Virus record (IMG/VR): IMGVR_UViG_3300033153_008203
Location: 1-64,000 of that record
Direction: 5' to 3' (one strand)
Length of the DNA: 64,000 nucleotides
Origin: a virus
The position numbers and the translations under genes were made by a program. This document shows positions 10,764-20,135 of the stretch, piece by piece; the stretch's first letter is position 1, and each line of letters starts with the position of its first letter. The notes beneath the pieces were generated by a model. It did not search any database. It saw only the letters and a list, made by a program, of their open reading frames with translations, and was not told the origin of the DNA.

Positions 10764-11153
10764 ATGTCACATTGGATCAAAGTTACGACAAAAATGAAGA
10801 ATGTACAAACAGCATCAAAGGCATTAACTGCACTTGGTCATAAGCACGAGGTAGCTGAAGCAGGTAAGAAGCTTTCAGTAAGTGCTGCTGAAACTACCTC
10901 AGATGTTGATATCAAGCTATGTAAAGATCTTGGTTTAAAACAACAAGCTGATGGTACACTTGCATTCGTTGGTGATTTTTATTACAACGAGTACAACGAA
11001 AAGAAGCTTAAAGAGTCTCTTTCAACCAAATACTACATAGAAGACGCTGTTGAAAAACTCGAAGAGCAAGGCTTCTTTGTGGATGCAGACGAATCATTTG
11101 CTGTAAACGAACGTGGTCAAATTGAGTTTACTGGTAATAATCCACACATGTAA
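10764..11153 (+). CDS. DUF1257/Ycf35-like protein
   Basis: MSHWIKVTTKMKN N-terminus; typical partner downstream of Ycf46-type AAA. Confidence 0.7.
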   Translation: MSHWIKVTTKMKNVQTASKALTALGHKHEVAEAGKKLSVSAAETTSDVDIKLCKDLGLKQQADGTLAFVGDFYYNEYNEKKLKESLSTKYYIEDAVEKLEEQGFFVDADESFAVNERGQIEFTGNNPHM

Positions 11154-11212
11154 AGGTCCTAATATAAGGGTTTTTGAGAAAAATTTTTAATAGGCTTAAG
11201 GAGTCAAATAAA

Positions 11213-11392
11213 ATGGCAAATATTATAGTATGTATCGACCCAAAGAGTGGCGAAACTACATTCGAAGTAAATGGTATCAAAGGTTCAAGTTGCACAGCAA
11301 TCACTGATGCACTTGCAGCAGGCCGTGAAATAGAAGACGAAGGTGTAACAGAAGACATGCATTACAGAGAATCTTTACCTGATTACCTTTAG
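11213..11392 (+). CDS. DUF2997-like protein
   Basis: IDPKSGETTFEVNGIKGSSCTAITDAL; ggag RBS before ATG 11213. Confidence 0.7.
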   Translation: MANIIVCIDPKSGETTFEVNGIKGSSCTAITDALAAGREIEDEGVTEDMHYRESLPDYL

Positions 11393-11408
11393 GAAAGAAC
11401 TCTATACC

Positions 11409-11439
11409 GTGGGTCTAGGAGACTAGGCCCACATTTTTT
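11409..11439 (+). terminator. Rho-independent terminator
   Basis: gtgggtctag-gaga-ctaggcccac followed by T run. Confidence 0.85.
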
Positions 11440-11487
11440 AATCTATATTTTTTTTCTTTTTAAATATTTAATAAATCAGAGGTTATA

Positions 11488-12501
11488 ATGATTAAGAATT
11501 TAACAAGAGGAAGAATTCATAAAACATCACTGTTTGTTCAGCCAGAATACAAATGTAACATAGGATGTAAAGGATGCTACGCTGTTAAAAATATAAGTCT
11601 TACTCATGAATTAGTAGAAGAACTTACGGATTTAGGTGAAGGAATCCATAATGATACAATTCAGATCGAACAAGTAACAGTCAGTCTTAATGGTCTTGAT
11701 CCGATAGATACTGAATATTCAGTAGCAATTGCTCATAACATATCAGAAGACTTTGGAAGAAAAAGTACTCACTATGCATGTGCAATAAATAACATAGCAA
11801 TGTATAGAGGCCTATTAGATTTTGATGCATGTGGTGTTTTAAACATATCGATAGATGTAAATAAATATAATAAATTAAACGAAGAAGAGTGCATGAAAGC
11901 TTGTGATACTATTAACTCTATAAGAGTAAAGCATAGGAATCTTCATATAAATGTTAATCTTCTAGCTCTAGACGATTCAGTAGATAGTGAAGATGAGAAT
12001 GTAAATGATATGCTTGAAGAGATATTTGAATCATCAGACTCTACACATCTCATAATGAACAAGCCTATAGATGATCTGTTTAATTTTGAAAAATTAGACG
12101 ATTTTAAAAATGGTTTCGAAAATTATATCATTGGTGTACTAGGAATAGCCGAAGTCCTTGGAGATAAATTTCATATGGATGCCTGTGTAACAACAGTGCT
12201 TAGTAATCTATTAAATAAAGAAACCTTTACTTGCAGAGCAGGAACAGACCATGCATCATTGTGGCCTGATGGAAAGTTTACAGGATGTGCTTATAGGATG
12301 CCTGATACAGAATTCTTTACTGGAGATGGCTCTACAGTAAAGTTTAAAGACTATGACAACATAAAAGATGTTGACGTAGCAGAGTTTAATCTGTGCCTAT
12401 ACAATAAACTTGCAACATTATATGGATCTTTTGACGAGCTATGTAAGAAACTTCATCTAGACAAAAAAGAAATAACACTGTTAAAATCTGTAATAAAATA
12501 A
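11488..12501 (+). CDS. radical SAM protein with C-terminal SPASM/twitch-like cysteines
   Basis: CNIGCKGC (CxxxCxxC); CRAG...WPDGKFTGC. Confidence 0.8.
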   Translation: MIKNLTRGRIHKTSLFVQPEYKCNIGCKGCYAVKNISLTHELVEELTDLGEGIHNDTIQIEQVTVSLNGLDPIDTEYSVAIAHNISEDFGRKSTHYACAINNIAMYRGLLDFDACGVLNISIDVNKYNKLNEEECMKACDTINSIRVKHRNLHINVNLLALDDSVDSEDENVNDMLEEIFESSDSTHLIMNKPIDDLFNFEKLDDFKNGFENYIIGVLGIAEVLGDKFHMDACVTTVLSNLLNKETFTCRAGTDHASLWPDGKFTGCAYRMPDTEFFTGDGSTVKFKDYDNIKDVDVAEFNLCLYNKLATLYGSFDELCKKLHLDKKEITLLKSVIK

Positions 12502-12517
12502 AACAAGGAGTAGTACA

Positions 12518-12907
12518 ATGAAGAAAGCAGTAAAAGCAGCAAAGCCGGACAATTTTGAAAGAAGATTTTATAATCTTAGTGACAGCAAAGGAAGGCCGGC
12601 TGTAACTGTCTGTGTTATGAGCAATAAGGCTCGTACTAGATTTTCAAGAGGACTATCTATTTGTTCCCCGGATTCAAATCCTACCAATAAGGAAGGAAGA
12701 GATAAGGCATGTGGTAGGGCAACACAAGCACTCTTGAATCACATTACTACTGGAGTAATCCGTAGGCCAGAAGCTCTTGAGCAGCTTAGAAATGTCGGAG
12801 CATTTGGAAAGAGTACAAGTAAAATTACCGAATGCAAGTCTTCGTACTTTGATAGTACAAAAGGTCTTACTGCTGATGAAGTTAGACTCATCGAAGTAGG
12901 TATTTAA
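12518..12907 (+). CDS. conserved phage hypothetical protein
   Basis: GLSICSP...GRDKACGRA pattern; aaggag RBS. Confidence 0.6.
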   Translation: MKKAVKAAKPDNFERRFYNLSDSKGRPAVTVCVMSNKARTRFSRGLSICSPDSNPTNKEGRDKACGRATQALLNHITTGVIRRPEALEQLRNVGAFGKSTSKITECKSSYFDSTKGLTADEVRLIEVGI

Positions 12908-12913
12908 TCATTA

Positions 12914-12938
12914 AGGCTGCTTCGGCAGCCTATTTTTT
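12914..12938 (+). terminator. Rho-independent terminator
   Basis: aggctgc-ttcg-gcagcct followed by T run. Confidence 0.85.
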
Positions 12939-12957
12939 GAGAGAGGAGATGAGAGGA

Positions 12958-13539
12958 ATGACCAGCGGTACAAAAAAAATAGTAAATTCAGCAATGAAAG
13001 CTATAAAAGGCGACAAAGAAGATGAAGCTAAAGAATTTATAGCAAAAGTGAGAGAGAGTAAAGAGACATTTAACCGTGTACATGACAAGTTCTATGCAAA
13101 CTATAGGATAAACGGAAAGACAATGCCTGAATGGCAAGATTATTTCAGAGTAGATATACCGAAAGATATATCTCCAATTGGATGCATAGGAATGCTAGCA
13201 GAACTAGCAGCTAAGTATCATGAAGCTTCGTTCTATTATTCAAGCGCAGGTGCATTGGATAAGGCGTATGGATCGGAACGAGAAAAAGAATATAGAAAGA
13301 TATATAAAAGAGTAGCTGACGAAAGAACTGGTACAGATAAGAAGACAGCTGCTGCTACAACATTAGCTACATTGGCTGATCAAGAATGTCAACAGTTTGA
13401 TGACGTTATATATAACGCTCAGTTAACTAAGGATTTCTGGAAGAGTATACTAGATCAGCTCAAATATACTTTCAAAGTGCTTAACGATATAACAATTAAC
13501 AATAGTTTAGAGCTAAAAATAGTAATGAAAACAAGCTAA
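12958..13539 (+). CDS. hypothetical helical protein
   Basis: About 190-aa ORF with RBS. Confidence 0.6.
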   Translation: MTSGTKKIVNSAMKAIKGDKEDEAKEFIAKVRESKETFNRVHDKFYANYRINGKTMPEWQDYFRVDIPKDISPIGCIGMLAELAAKYHEASFYYSSAGALDKAYGSEREKEYRKIYKRVADERTGTDKKTAAATTLATLADQECQQFDDVIYNAQLTKDFWKSILDQLKYTFKVLNDITINNSLELKIVMKTS

Positions 13540-13643
13540 CATGGTATAAACTTATTGCTCTTTTCAGCATTTTCAGTAGCTGTAATAAAAGGTTTGATTA
13601 GTCCACATGGACCAGTACATTTTTTAGTTTTAACAGTTGTCAT
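13536..13643 (-). pseudogene. internally deleted HNH homing endonuclease relic (35 aa)
   Basis: MTTVKTKKCTGPCGLIKPF-ITATENAEKSNKFIPC* joins the N- and C-termini of the HNH genes at 43550-44287 and 23535-24031. Confidence 0.75.
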
Positions 13644-13734
13644 AATATTAACTATAGTTGCATAAAGACATGCTAATATATCTTGTTTCTTTAATAAAAA
13701 ATCTTAAAGAGATAAAATAAACAGGAGGATAAAA

Positions 13735-14025
13735 ATGATATTTAATGCGATAGTCTTAGCTGTAGTAACTTTTATAGGAATGATGTTAATATACATAAAG
13801 CTGCCTAACTTTGTCAAGAAGATAATGCTTAAGGGCGACATACTGACTGATCTCGGATGCGCAGCGTTGACTTACACATTCCTAGGAGGAACAGCCACAG
13901 CAATTATAGCTGCTGGTCTAGTAGGAATTATGGTAAGCATGTCATTGGCATATGTTAAGAGTCCACAATATCAAAATATTAAAAATAATATAAACGTTAA
14001 CAATTCAACATTAAAAAAAATATAA
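13735..14025 (+). CDS. membrane protein
   Basis: ggagg RBS; three hydrophobic segments. Confidence 0.7.
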   Translation: MIFNAIVLAVVTFIGMMLIYIKLPNFVKKIMLKGDILTDLGCAALTYTFLGGTATAIIAAGLVGIMVSMSLAYVKSPQYQNIKNNINVNNSTLKKI

Positions 14026-14043
14026 AACAGGAGAAAAATAAAG

Positions 14044-15237
14044 ATGGCTGAAGAGAGTAAGGTTACAGGAGAGGAAACATCAGAAGTTACTGGAGAGGTA
14101 GCTGCTGAAGAGAAGAAGGTAGAAACAAAACCAACAGATAATCCTAAGAAAATTAGATTTAGATGTGAAACAGAAGGAAAGTTCACACTACTTAGTAACA
14201 CAGTAGATAGTGATGGAACAAATGCTCTTGCTGGATCAAAGGTAATAATCAACAGCAAGATAAAAACTAAGCTTGACCCACAAGAAGGCGAAATATTTTC
14301 TTGTACTAAGCTTAAGCATAGAGCAAAAACAAATGCATTTTATGGTAGTGGAAATATAAAGAAATGCGAAGATGCACCAAAGAAAGAACTGAGCATGTTT
14401 GAAATTCTAAGCAGGGCTCCAAAACCAGAAGGCTTTATAGTGACTGACGCTATTTGGACCCTGTTACTGAGAAATATTTTGCGTGGCAAGCACACAGTGC
14501 TTGTTGGCCCAACAGGCTCAGGAAAGACAGAGCTTGTAGCACATGCAGCTGAAACAATTGAGTATGCTTTTCACTCATACAATCTTGGAAATGCAACAGA
14601 CCCAAGAAGCAAGCTAATAGGTTCTATGAATCTTGTTATGGATGAAAAGGGCGAATGTAACGTAACTAGCTTTGTAGAAGCAAGATTTGTAAAAGATATT
14701 CAAACAGATAAGACAGTTATTCTTCTAGATGAAATCAATAGAAGTAATCCTGAAGTAAACAATATGCTTCTTGCTCTGCTTGATGGTCAAGGATATCTTG
14801 AACTTGATGAGCATCCAGAGCTACCTGTTATACACAAGAGTAAGTCATGTGTTCTGGTTGGAACTGCAAACATCGGTGACGAATATGTAGGCACAAACAT
14901 CCTTGATAGGGCATTTAAGGATAGGGTGTTCATGATAGAGATTGATTACCTGAGCAAAGACGAAGAGAAAGCTCTTCTTATAGAACGTACAAACATAGAC
15001 GAAGAAAGCGCCGATATGATCGCTGAATTTGCGGAAACTTGCAGGGCTATGTGGAAAAGAGATGAGCTTGGAACACCTATATCTACAAGGATGACTTTGG
15101 AAACAGGTTATCTAATGGCAGACGGCTTTGACTTTAACAAGAGTGTTGAAGCAACTATACTTCCGCATTTCGATAACGATGGTACTGCATCATCAGATGC
15201 TACAAAGATCAAGCAGGCCATGCAAAAAAAGGGCTAA
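14044..15237 (+). CDS. MoxR/CbbQ/NorQ-family AAA+ ATPase
   Basis: GPTGSGKT, ILLDEINRS, GTAN, LDRAFKDR, ISTR. Confidence 0.9.
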   Translation: MAEESKVTGEETSEVTGEVAAEEKKVETKPTDNPKKIRFRCETEGKFTLLSNTVDSDGTNALAGSKVIINSKIKTKLDPQEGEIFSCTKLKHRAKTNAFYGSGNIKKCEDAPKKELSMFEILSRAPKPEGFIVTDAIWTLLLRNILRGKHTVLVGPTGSGKTELVAHAAETIEYAFHSYNLGNATDPRSKLIGSMNLVMDEKGECNVTSFVEARFVKDIQTDKTVILLDEINRSNPEVNNMLLALLDGQGYLELDEHPELPVIHKSKSCVLVGTANIGDEYVGTNILDRAFKDRVFMIEIDYLSKDEEKALLIERTNIDEESADMIAEFAETCRAMWKRDELGTPISTRMTLETGYLMADGFDFNKSVEATILPHFDNDGTASSDATKIKQAMQKKG

Positions 15238-15240
15238 TAA

Positions 15241-17316
15241 ATGAGCGAATATAAAAAGCTAACTGATTTAGCTAAAAAGGACGATGATTTTTCTTGGATA
15301 GACGACTATCTAGAAGAGACTCGTCACTCTGATTCAGAACCAGGACATAGCGGGTATCAAGGTACCCGCTCCATGTTCGATGAGAACTATGAACGTGGTG
15401 AAAGAAAAACATATGATCGTGATGATCATAGATCTCCTTCTTATGGAGGTCATGGAACCTACAAAGGCTATGGAACCTACGGAAGCGGCAAAGCATGGTG
15501 GGAAAGAGACAGAGTAGAAAGGAAGCCAACGTATTACGGTGGTGGCTCAGGGTCTGTATTTGGTAATACATTTACTACTGGATATTCATCAGGATCAAGT
15601 GACATAAAGAACTCGAAAGAGTTACTTGATGCTAAAGCTTTTGTTTCTAATTTGGTAACTATTCATGATCCATTAACTGCAAAGCGTGTAACAACACAGG
15701 TTGATGGGACAGCAAGAGGAATAGGGAATATTTTCTCTGATAAGTCTACAATTATACCTCTTCTACCAGAGATAAGTACTAAATTCAGTCTTGCATTTAA
15801 TAAAAGACTTGACATTCTTAGTGGACAAGGGCTAATGACGTCTACAATTAGTCATTCCAAACTAAAGGATAAGATTGTCAAAGAGAATGCTACTAAAATA
15901 AAAGAATACAGTAAGAAGCAAGCTGATCCTGAGACTGTTCATAAGACAGTAAAAGTAATAGCGTCGATACTAAGCGAACAATACATAGAAGAAGACATTA
16001 TAAGTAATAGCCCAGGATATGAAAATTATATAAAAAGCTTTAGAGACTATTACTATAATGAAAGATACGAAGATGGGATAAAACAACATAGAAGCTTTTT
16101 ACCAATAGACTTATTATATGTTAAGCTTAGGGATCCAGAGAAAGTAAAAGGACTACTTGAGCTTGCACGTTCAAGAGTTGGATCAGAAGAGTATGGTGTT
16201 TTAATCAAGGTTAACGAAGCTATTGAGAAATTGCTTAGACATATGAAGCCTGGAACAAAGAACATCTTTGGGAATGCTATAGCAATATTAATGACTCTTC
16301 TCTCTTCTTGCGTAAAAGATATCGAAGATGTAGCAAGTGCTGAAGCTGCACTTATGAATGCTGCTGCTTCTGAAGGAGCAATGGAAGGCATAGGTATGCA
16401 TCGCAACTTAACTGAAATGATGGACTCAAGAAGTTTAAGTAAAGCAGAAAGCAGTAGCTTAAGTGCTCTTGCACAGCTAGAAGAACATGATTATGTAAGT
16501 TATACAATGAAAGATCCTACTATTAATGGTCATAGTCATTATAAGAATTTTGAAATGAATTTCTATACTATGAAAGGAAACGAAACAGCTTATGCTAATA
16601 TCAGAAAAGGTATGGATGCATATGTAGCTCCTTTGAAGAGAATGATGAAATTCAGGGACTTCGTGAAGAAAACAACATTGACATCTCAGAAAAGAGGCAA
16701 GCTTGACAAAGGTAAACTTGCTATGGTAAACAGTACTGATAGAATATATAAGCAGACATTTACTGATAAGTCAAGTAATGTTTCTATCTGTCTATTGGTT
16801 GATGAATCAGGAAGTATGAATGGACCAGGAATAACAGCAGCTAAGGCACTTGCTTGTTTGTTTTCAGAAGCATTTACGGGTTCTAAAACAGTTGATCTAC
16901 ATGTGTATGGTCATACTGCTCAAGAACGGTATAGCGATGGTCCAGTATGTACTATCAGAAAATATCCAACGAAACAATCTATATCGGATATAAAGGCAAG
17001 ATGTCAGAATCTAGATGGCGCAGCTATATATGGCACTGCACAGGAATTTTTAAAGGTAGCTACAGGTGAACAAAAACTGATGATAATCCTATCCGATGGA
17101 AATCCATATGGATCTGGATATTCAGGTTCATCAGCAGTCAACCATACTAAGGAATGTGTTGACGCTGTTGAGAAGCTTGGGATTATTCCAATGCAGGTTG
17201 CTATAGCTAGCCATGTAAATAGCGACAGAATGTTTAAAAGATGGTTTAAGTTTACTGATATGAATAAGTTTATTCCCGAGATGGGAAAGATGATTAAAGT
17301 CCTACTTAAGGGCTAG
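15241..17316 (+). CDS. von Willebrand factor A domain protein (CobT/NorD-like), MoxR partner
   Basis: RGKLD, MIDAS motif LLVDESGSM, ILSDGNP. Confidence 0.88.
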   Translation: MSEYKKLTDLAKKDDDFSWIDDYLEETRHSDSEPGHSGYQGTRSMFDENYERGERKTYDRDDHRSPSYGGHGTYKGYGTYGSGKAWWERDRVERKPTYYGGGSGSVFGNTFTTGYSSGSSDIKNSKELLDAKAFVSNLVTIHDPLTAKRVTTQVDGTARGIGNIFSDKSTIIPLLPEISTKFSLAFNKRLDILSGQGLMTSTISHSKLKDKIVKENATKIKEYSKKQADPETVHKTVKVIASILSEQYIEEDIISNSPGYENYIKSFRDYYYNERYEDGIKQHRSFLPIDLLYVKLRDPEKVKGLLELARSRVGSEEYGVLIKVNEAIEKLLRHMKPGTKNIFGNAIAILMTLLSSCVKDIEDVASAEAALMNAAASEGAMEGIGMHRNLTEMMDSRSLSKAESSSLSALAQLEEHDYVSYTMKDPTINGHSHYKNFEMNFYTMKGNETAYANIRKGMDAYVAPLKRMMKFRDFVKKTTLTSQKRGKLDKGKLAMVNSTDRIYKQTFTDKSSNVSICLLVDESGSMNGPGITAAKALACLFSEAFTGSKTVDLHVYGHTAQERYSDGPVCTIRKYPTKQSISDIKARCQNLDGAAIYGTAQEFLKVATGEQKLMIILSDGNPYGSGYSGSSAVNHTKECVDAVEKLGIIPMQVAIASHVNSDRMFKRWFKFTDMNKFIPEMGKMIKVLLKG

Positions 17317-17340
17317 AGAGAAGAGAGATGGAGAAAGTAC

Positions 17341-18150
17341 TTGGAATACAAAAGCGGAGAAATATTTGTAGCAATAGAAGAACTTGTTAAAGAAGACATG
17401 CTTAAAGACGGGGTACCATACAACGATACCCTTAGTCTATCGAATGTCAATAAGAAAATAAAAGGCACAAACATAGCAGGAATTGATACATTCAGAGGAT
17501 GTAGACATGATTGTTTAGATTGCTATGCAAGGAAAATGAGTAAGATAGCAAGGAAAGATTTTGGTCATGCTGTTCCTGTCATTAAGTTTACTGGTAAGAT
17601 AATTCCAGAGAAAACTTATAGATTTGGAACTGTAGGTGATCCAGATCATGACTGGGCTCATACATCCTTTATAGTAAGAACGATGAAAGACCTTGGCCTT
17701 AAGAACTACTTCTTTATAACAAAGCTTCAGTCTATAGTTGGAATAGAATCCGGCGACATAAGAAACGTCCAAGTCTCTCTTGATCCTCTTAATAAGAAGC
17801 ACTTCTTTAAGACTTTAAAGAATATCAGAGACATAACAGGTAAGATAGACAACATAGTTATAAGATTAAGGACTGTACGGACACATAACAGAGATATAAA
17901 TCGTCTACAAAATATAGGCGTTGCTTTTACTGAAAAACATAAGCTACCTATACTTGAGACTAAAATGAAGTTCAGTAAAAAAAGATACATTGATGACCTT
18001 GAATTACATGGATACGAAAGAATCAACAATGGATTTCAAATTAAAGGTTCAATCTTAAGAGATTTTAAAAAGGATATCATGTCATGTGATGAGTTCAATA
18101 CAGGATCATGTACTGGATGTGACATCTGTCCTGTTCATGGGAGAAAGTAA
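17341..18150 (+). CDS. radical SAM-like protein
   Basis: GCRHDCLDCYA; RFGTVGDP; C-terminal CTGCDIC. Confidence 0.7.
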   Translation: MEYKSGEIFVAIEELVKEDMLKDGVPYNDTLSLSNVNKKIKGTNIAGIDTFRGCRHDCLDCYARKMSKIARKDFGHAVPVIKFTGKIIPEKTYRFGTVGDPDHDWAHTSFIVRTMKDLGLKNYFFITKLQSIVGIESGDIRNVQVSLDPLNKKHFFKTLKNIRDITGKIDNIVIRLRTVRTHNRDINRLQNIGVAFTEKHKLPILETKMKFSKKRYIDDLELHGYERINNGFQIKGSILRDFKKDIMSCDEFNTGSCTGCDICPVHGRK

Positions 18151-18602
18151 TGTTAAAAGATTTTAAAGAAGAAGACTTAGCTTTACTAATGGATTCTGAC
18201 CTAAAGAAAATAACAGGCAGAAGAACTGGAGATATAGAGCACCGTCTAGATGGATGCAAAGTAGAAGATCTTGGAGCATTAAGTCAAATGTTAGCAAATG
18301 AATATGGGGCTAATGGAATCATTAAAGTTGAACTTGAATATGATTGCGGAGATACATATCTAAAAGCTGAACTTGAATATGATCATATAGAATCAGACCA
18401 GGAACAGAAGACTAGGTTACAGTATTTGATAGGAGATATTAAAAGATTTAAGGCCTCTGAAACAAAGCGAAAAAAGAATAAAATTGCACAAGAAAAAAGA
18501 GACCTAGTCAGATTAACAAAAAAATATGGAGTACCAAAGGATGGCAAAGGATGCATAGTAGAAAAAGATTTGGGCCCAAAGAAAAAGACGATAAATCTAT
18601 AG
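18150..18602 (+). CDS. hypothetical protein
   Basis: TAATG overlap. Confidence 0.6.
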   Translation: MLKDFKEEDLALLMDSDLKKITGRRTGDIEHRLDGCKVEDLGALSQMLANEYGANGIIKVELEYDCGDTYLKAELEYDHIESDQEQKTRLQYLIGDIKRFKASETKRKKNKIAQEKRDLVRLTKKYGVPKDGKGCIVEKDLGPKKKTINL

Positions 18603-18823
18603 GCGATGAATGCCCAGGATGTCAAAAGAAATTTAAAGTAGGAGACTATACAACACTGGTAGCAATAGGCCCTGGTGCGGATAAAGAGCAGCAGGAGAGA
18701 GCTAAGCTAGGCCACTCGTATAACGCAGTGGCACTTGAAGCACACTGGGCCTGTGTTACCGGTGAATTAGATCCTACTGATCCACCAAAACTTACGGTTA
18801 TAAAAGGAGGATCGAATGTCTGA
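18551..18823 (+). CDS. small Zn-binding protein
   Basis: CPGC...HWAC. Confidence 0.6.
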   Translation: MHSRKRFGPKEKDDKSIGDECPGCQKKFKVGDYTTLVAIGPGADKEQQERAKLGHSYNAVALEAHWACVTGELDPTDPPKLTVIKGGSNV

Positions 18824-19016
18824 AGATGGTCTTTTATGGTGGGAATATATCCATACAAATAAAGAGCTACAAGTGAAGAGATTCTTTGGATACGAAGACA
18901 TAAAGGAAGCTAAAGAAAGTCCATTTGTAAAAGAATTGTATGGTCCATTTGAAGCAAACAGTAAAGACGATGCTAGGGAGGAACTGAAAAGACATTTCGG
19001 ATCACTAGGACTATAG
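18816..19016 (+). CDS. hypothetical protein
   Basis: ggagg RBS. Confidence 0.6.
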   Translation: MSEDGLLWWEYIHTNKELQVKRFFGYEDIKEAKESPFVKELYGPFEANSKDDAREELKRHFGSLGL

Positions 19017-19033
19017 CAGAAGGAGAGAAAAAA

Positions 19034-19342
19034 ATGAGAAGACAATTAGTACAAATAGAATATCCAGTTCATGGAGAGGGAGTTACATTACCGAGAACTG
19101 TTCTTGTAATGGAAATGTATGAAGACAGATTTGTAGGAGTAGATATAGGAGAATACACTAGGACACACAGTGTAACAGAGTCCTATAGGACATTCAAGGT
19201 ATCAAAGATCCCACACAGAGGAATGACAACAATAAGCTTTCCAAATCTGCACAAGAAAAAAGACTTTCCTTATCCAAGAAGGGAAAAAATGGATAGGATA
19301 GCATTAGGATTAAGAAGAGATCATAAAAGTTTAGCGAGGTAA
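19034..19342 (+). CDS. hypothetical protein (weakly WYL/SH3-like)
   Basis: aggag RBS; YRTFKVSKI pattern. Confidence 0.5.
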   Translation: MRRQLVQIEYPVHGEGVTLPRTVLVMEMYEDRFVGVDIGEYTRTHSVTESYRTFKVSKIPHRGMTTISFPNLHKKKDFPYPRREKMDRIALGLRRDHKSLAR

Positions 19343-19344
19343 CA

Positions 19345-19689
19345 ATGGATAAAAAAGACATCATAGAAGGAGCAATGTACTCAGTCATATCATCATTTGA
19401 ACTTGACGGAGAAACATTTAATCCTGGTCATGAATTTAAGATCTTAAAAATAGTAAAGCATGCAACAAACATCTCATATCTTTCTGTAGAATGGGAGCAT
19501 GTACTTGTACATGGACATGACGCTGAAAGTCTTGGAAAAGAAAAGCATTGCTGGGACATTGACCAAGATTATATAATGGATAATTGCAAGTTAACTACTG
19601 CTCGTACTGAAACTAAAGAAGAGCCAGTTGTTATTCTAAAAAGATTTACTAAGAAAGAATTTTTAGAGACACTGAAATCAGTTGTATGA
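19345..19689 (+). CDS. hypothetical protein
   Basis: gagg RBS. Confidence 0.6.
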   Translation: MDKKDIIEGAMYSVISSFELDGETFNPGHEFKILKIVKHATNISYLSVEWEHVLVHGHDAESLGKEKHCWDIDQDYIMDNCKLTTARTETKEEPVVILKRFTKKEFLETLKSVV

Positions 19690-20132
19690 AACTTGAGATA
19701 GAACTGGTTCCAGAGACAGCATGGTACAGTAATCTCAGAACAATACTGGTAGCATCTGGATGGAATAAAGTAAGACAAAAGGTTCTTGCTAGAGCAAATG
19801 ACCACTGTGAGATATGTGATGCTAAGGTCAAGAGATTAGAGTGCCATGAGATATGGAACTATGATGATGAAACTTTAGTTCAATCATTAGTAGATGTTAA
19901 AGCTCTATGCAGGAACTGTCATAGAATAAAGCACTTCGGACTGTCTCTAATGAAGTCACAGAAGGGACAAGCAAACATACAAACACTTGAGGATCATTTT
20001 ACAAGAGTTAATGAGTGTACGTATGCTGAATTTAAAGATCATGTAAACGAATCATTTAGAGTTCACGGAGCGAGAAGCAGGGAGGAATGGAGTATAGACA
20101 TATCTAACGTAGCACTATATTTAGACGATTAA
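19686..20132 (+). CDS. HNH-type nuclease
   Basis: CEIC...LECHEIW...LCRNCHRIKH zinc/HNH pattern. Confidence 0.8.
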   Translation: MKLEIELVPETAWYSNLRTILVASGWNKVRQKVLARANDHCEICDAKVKRLECHEIWNYDDETLVQSLVDVKALCRNCHRIKHFGLSLMKSQKGQANIQTLEDHFTRVNECTYAEFKDHVNESFRVHGARSREEWSIDISNVALYLDD

Positions 20133-20135
20133 ATA

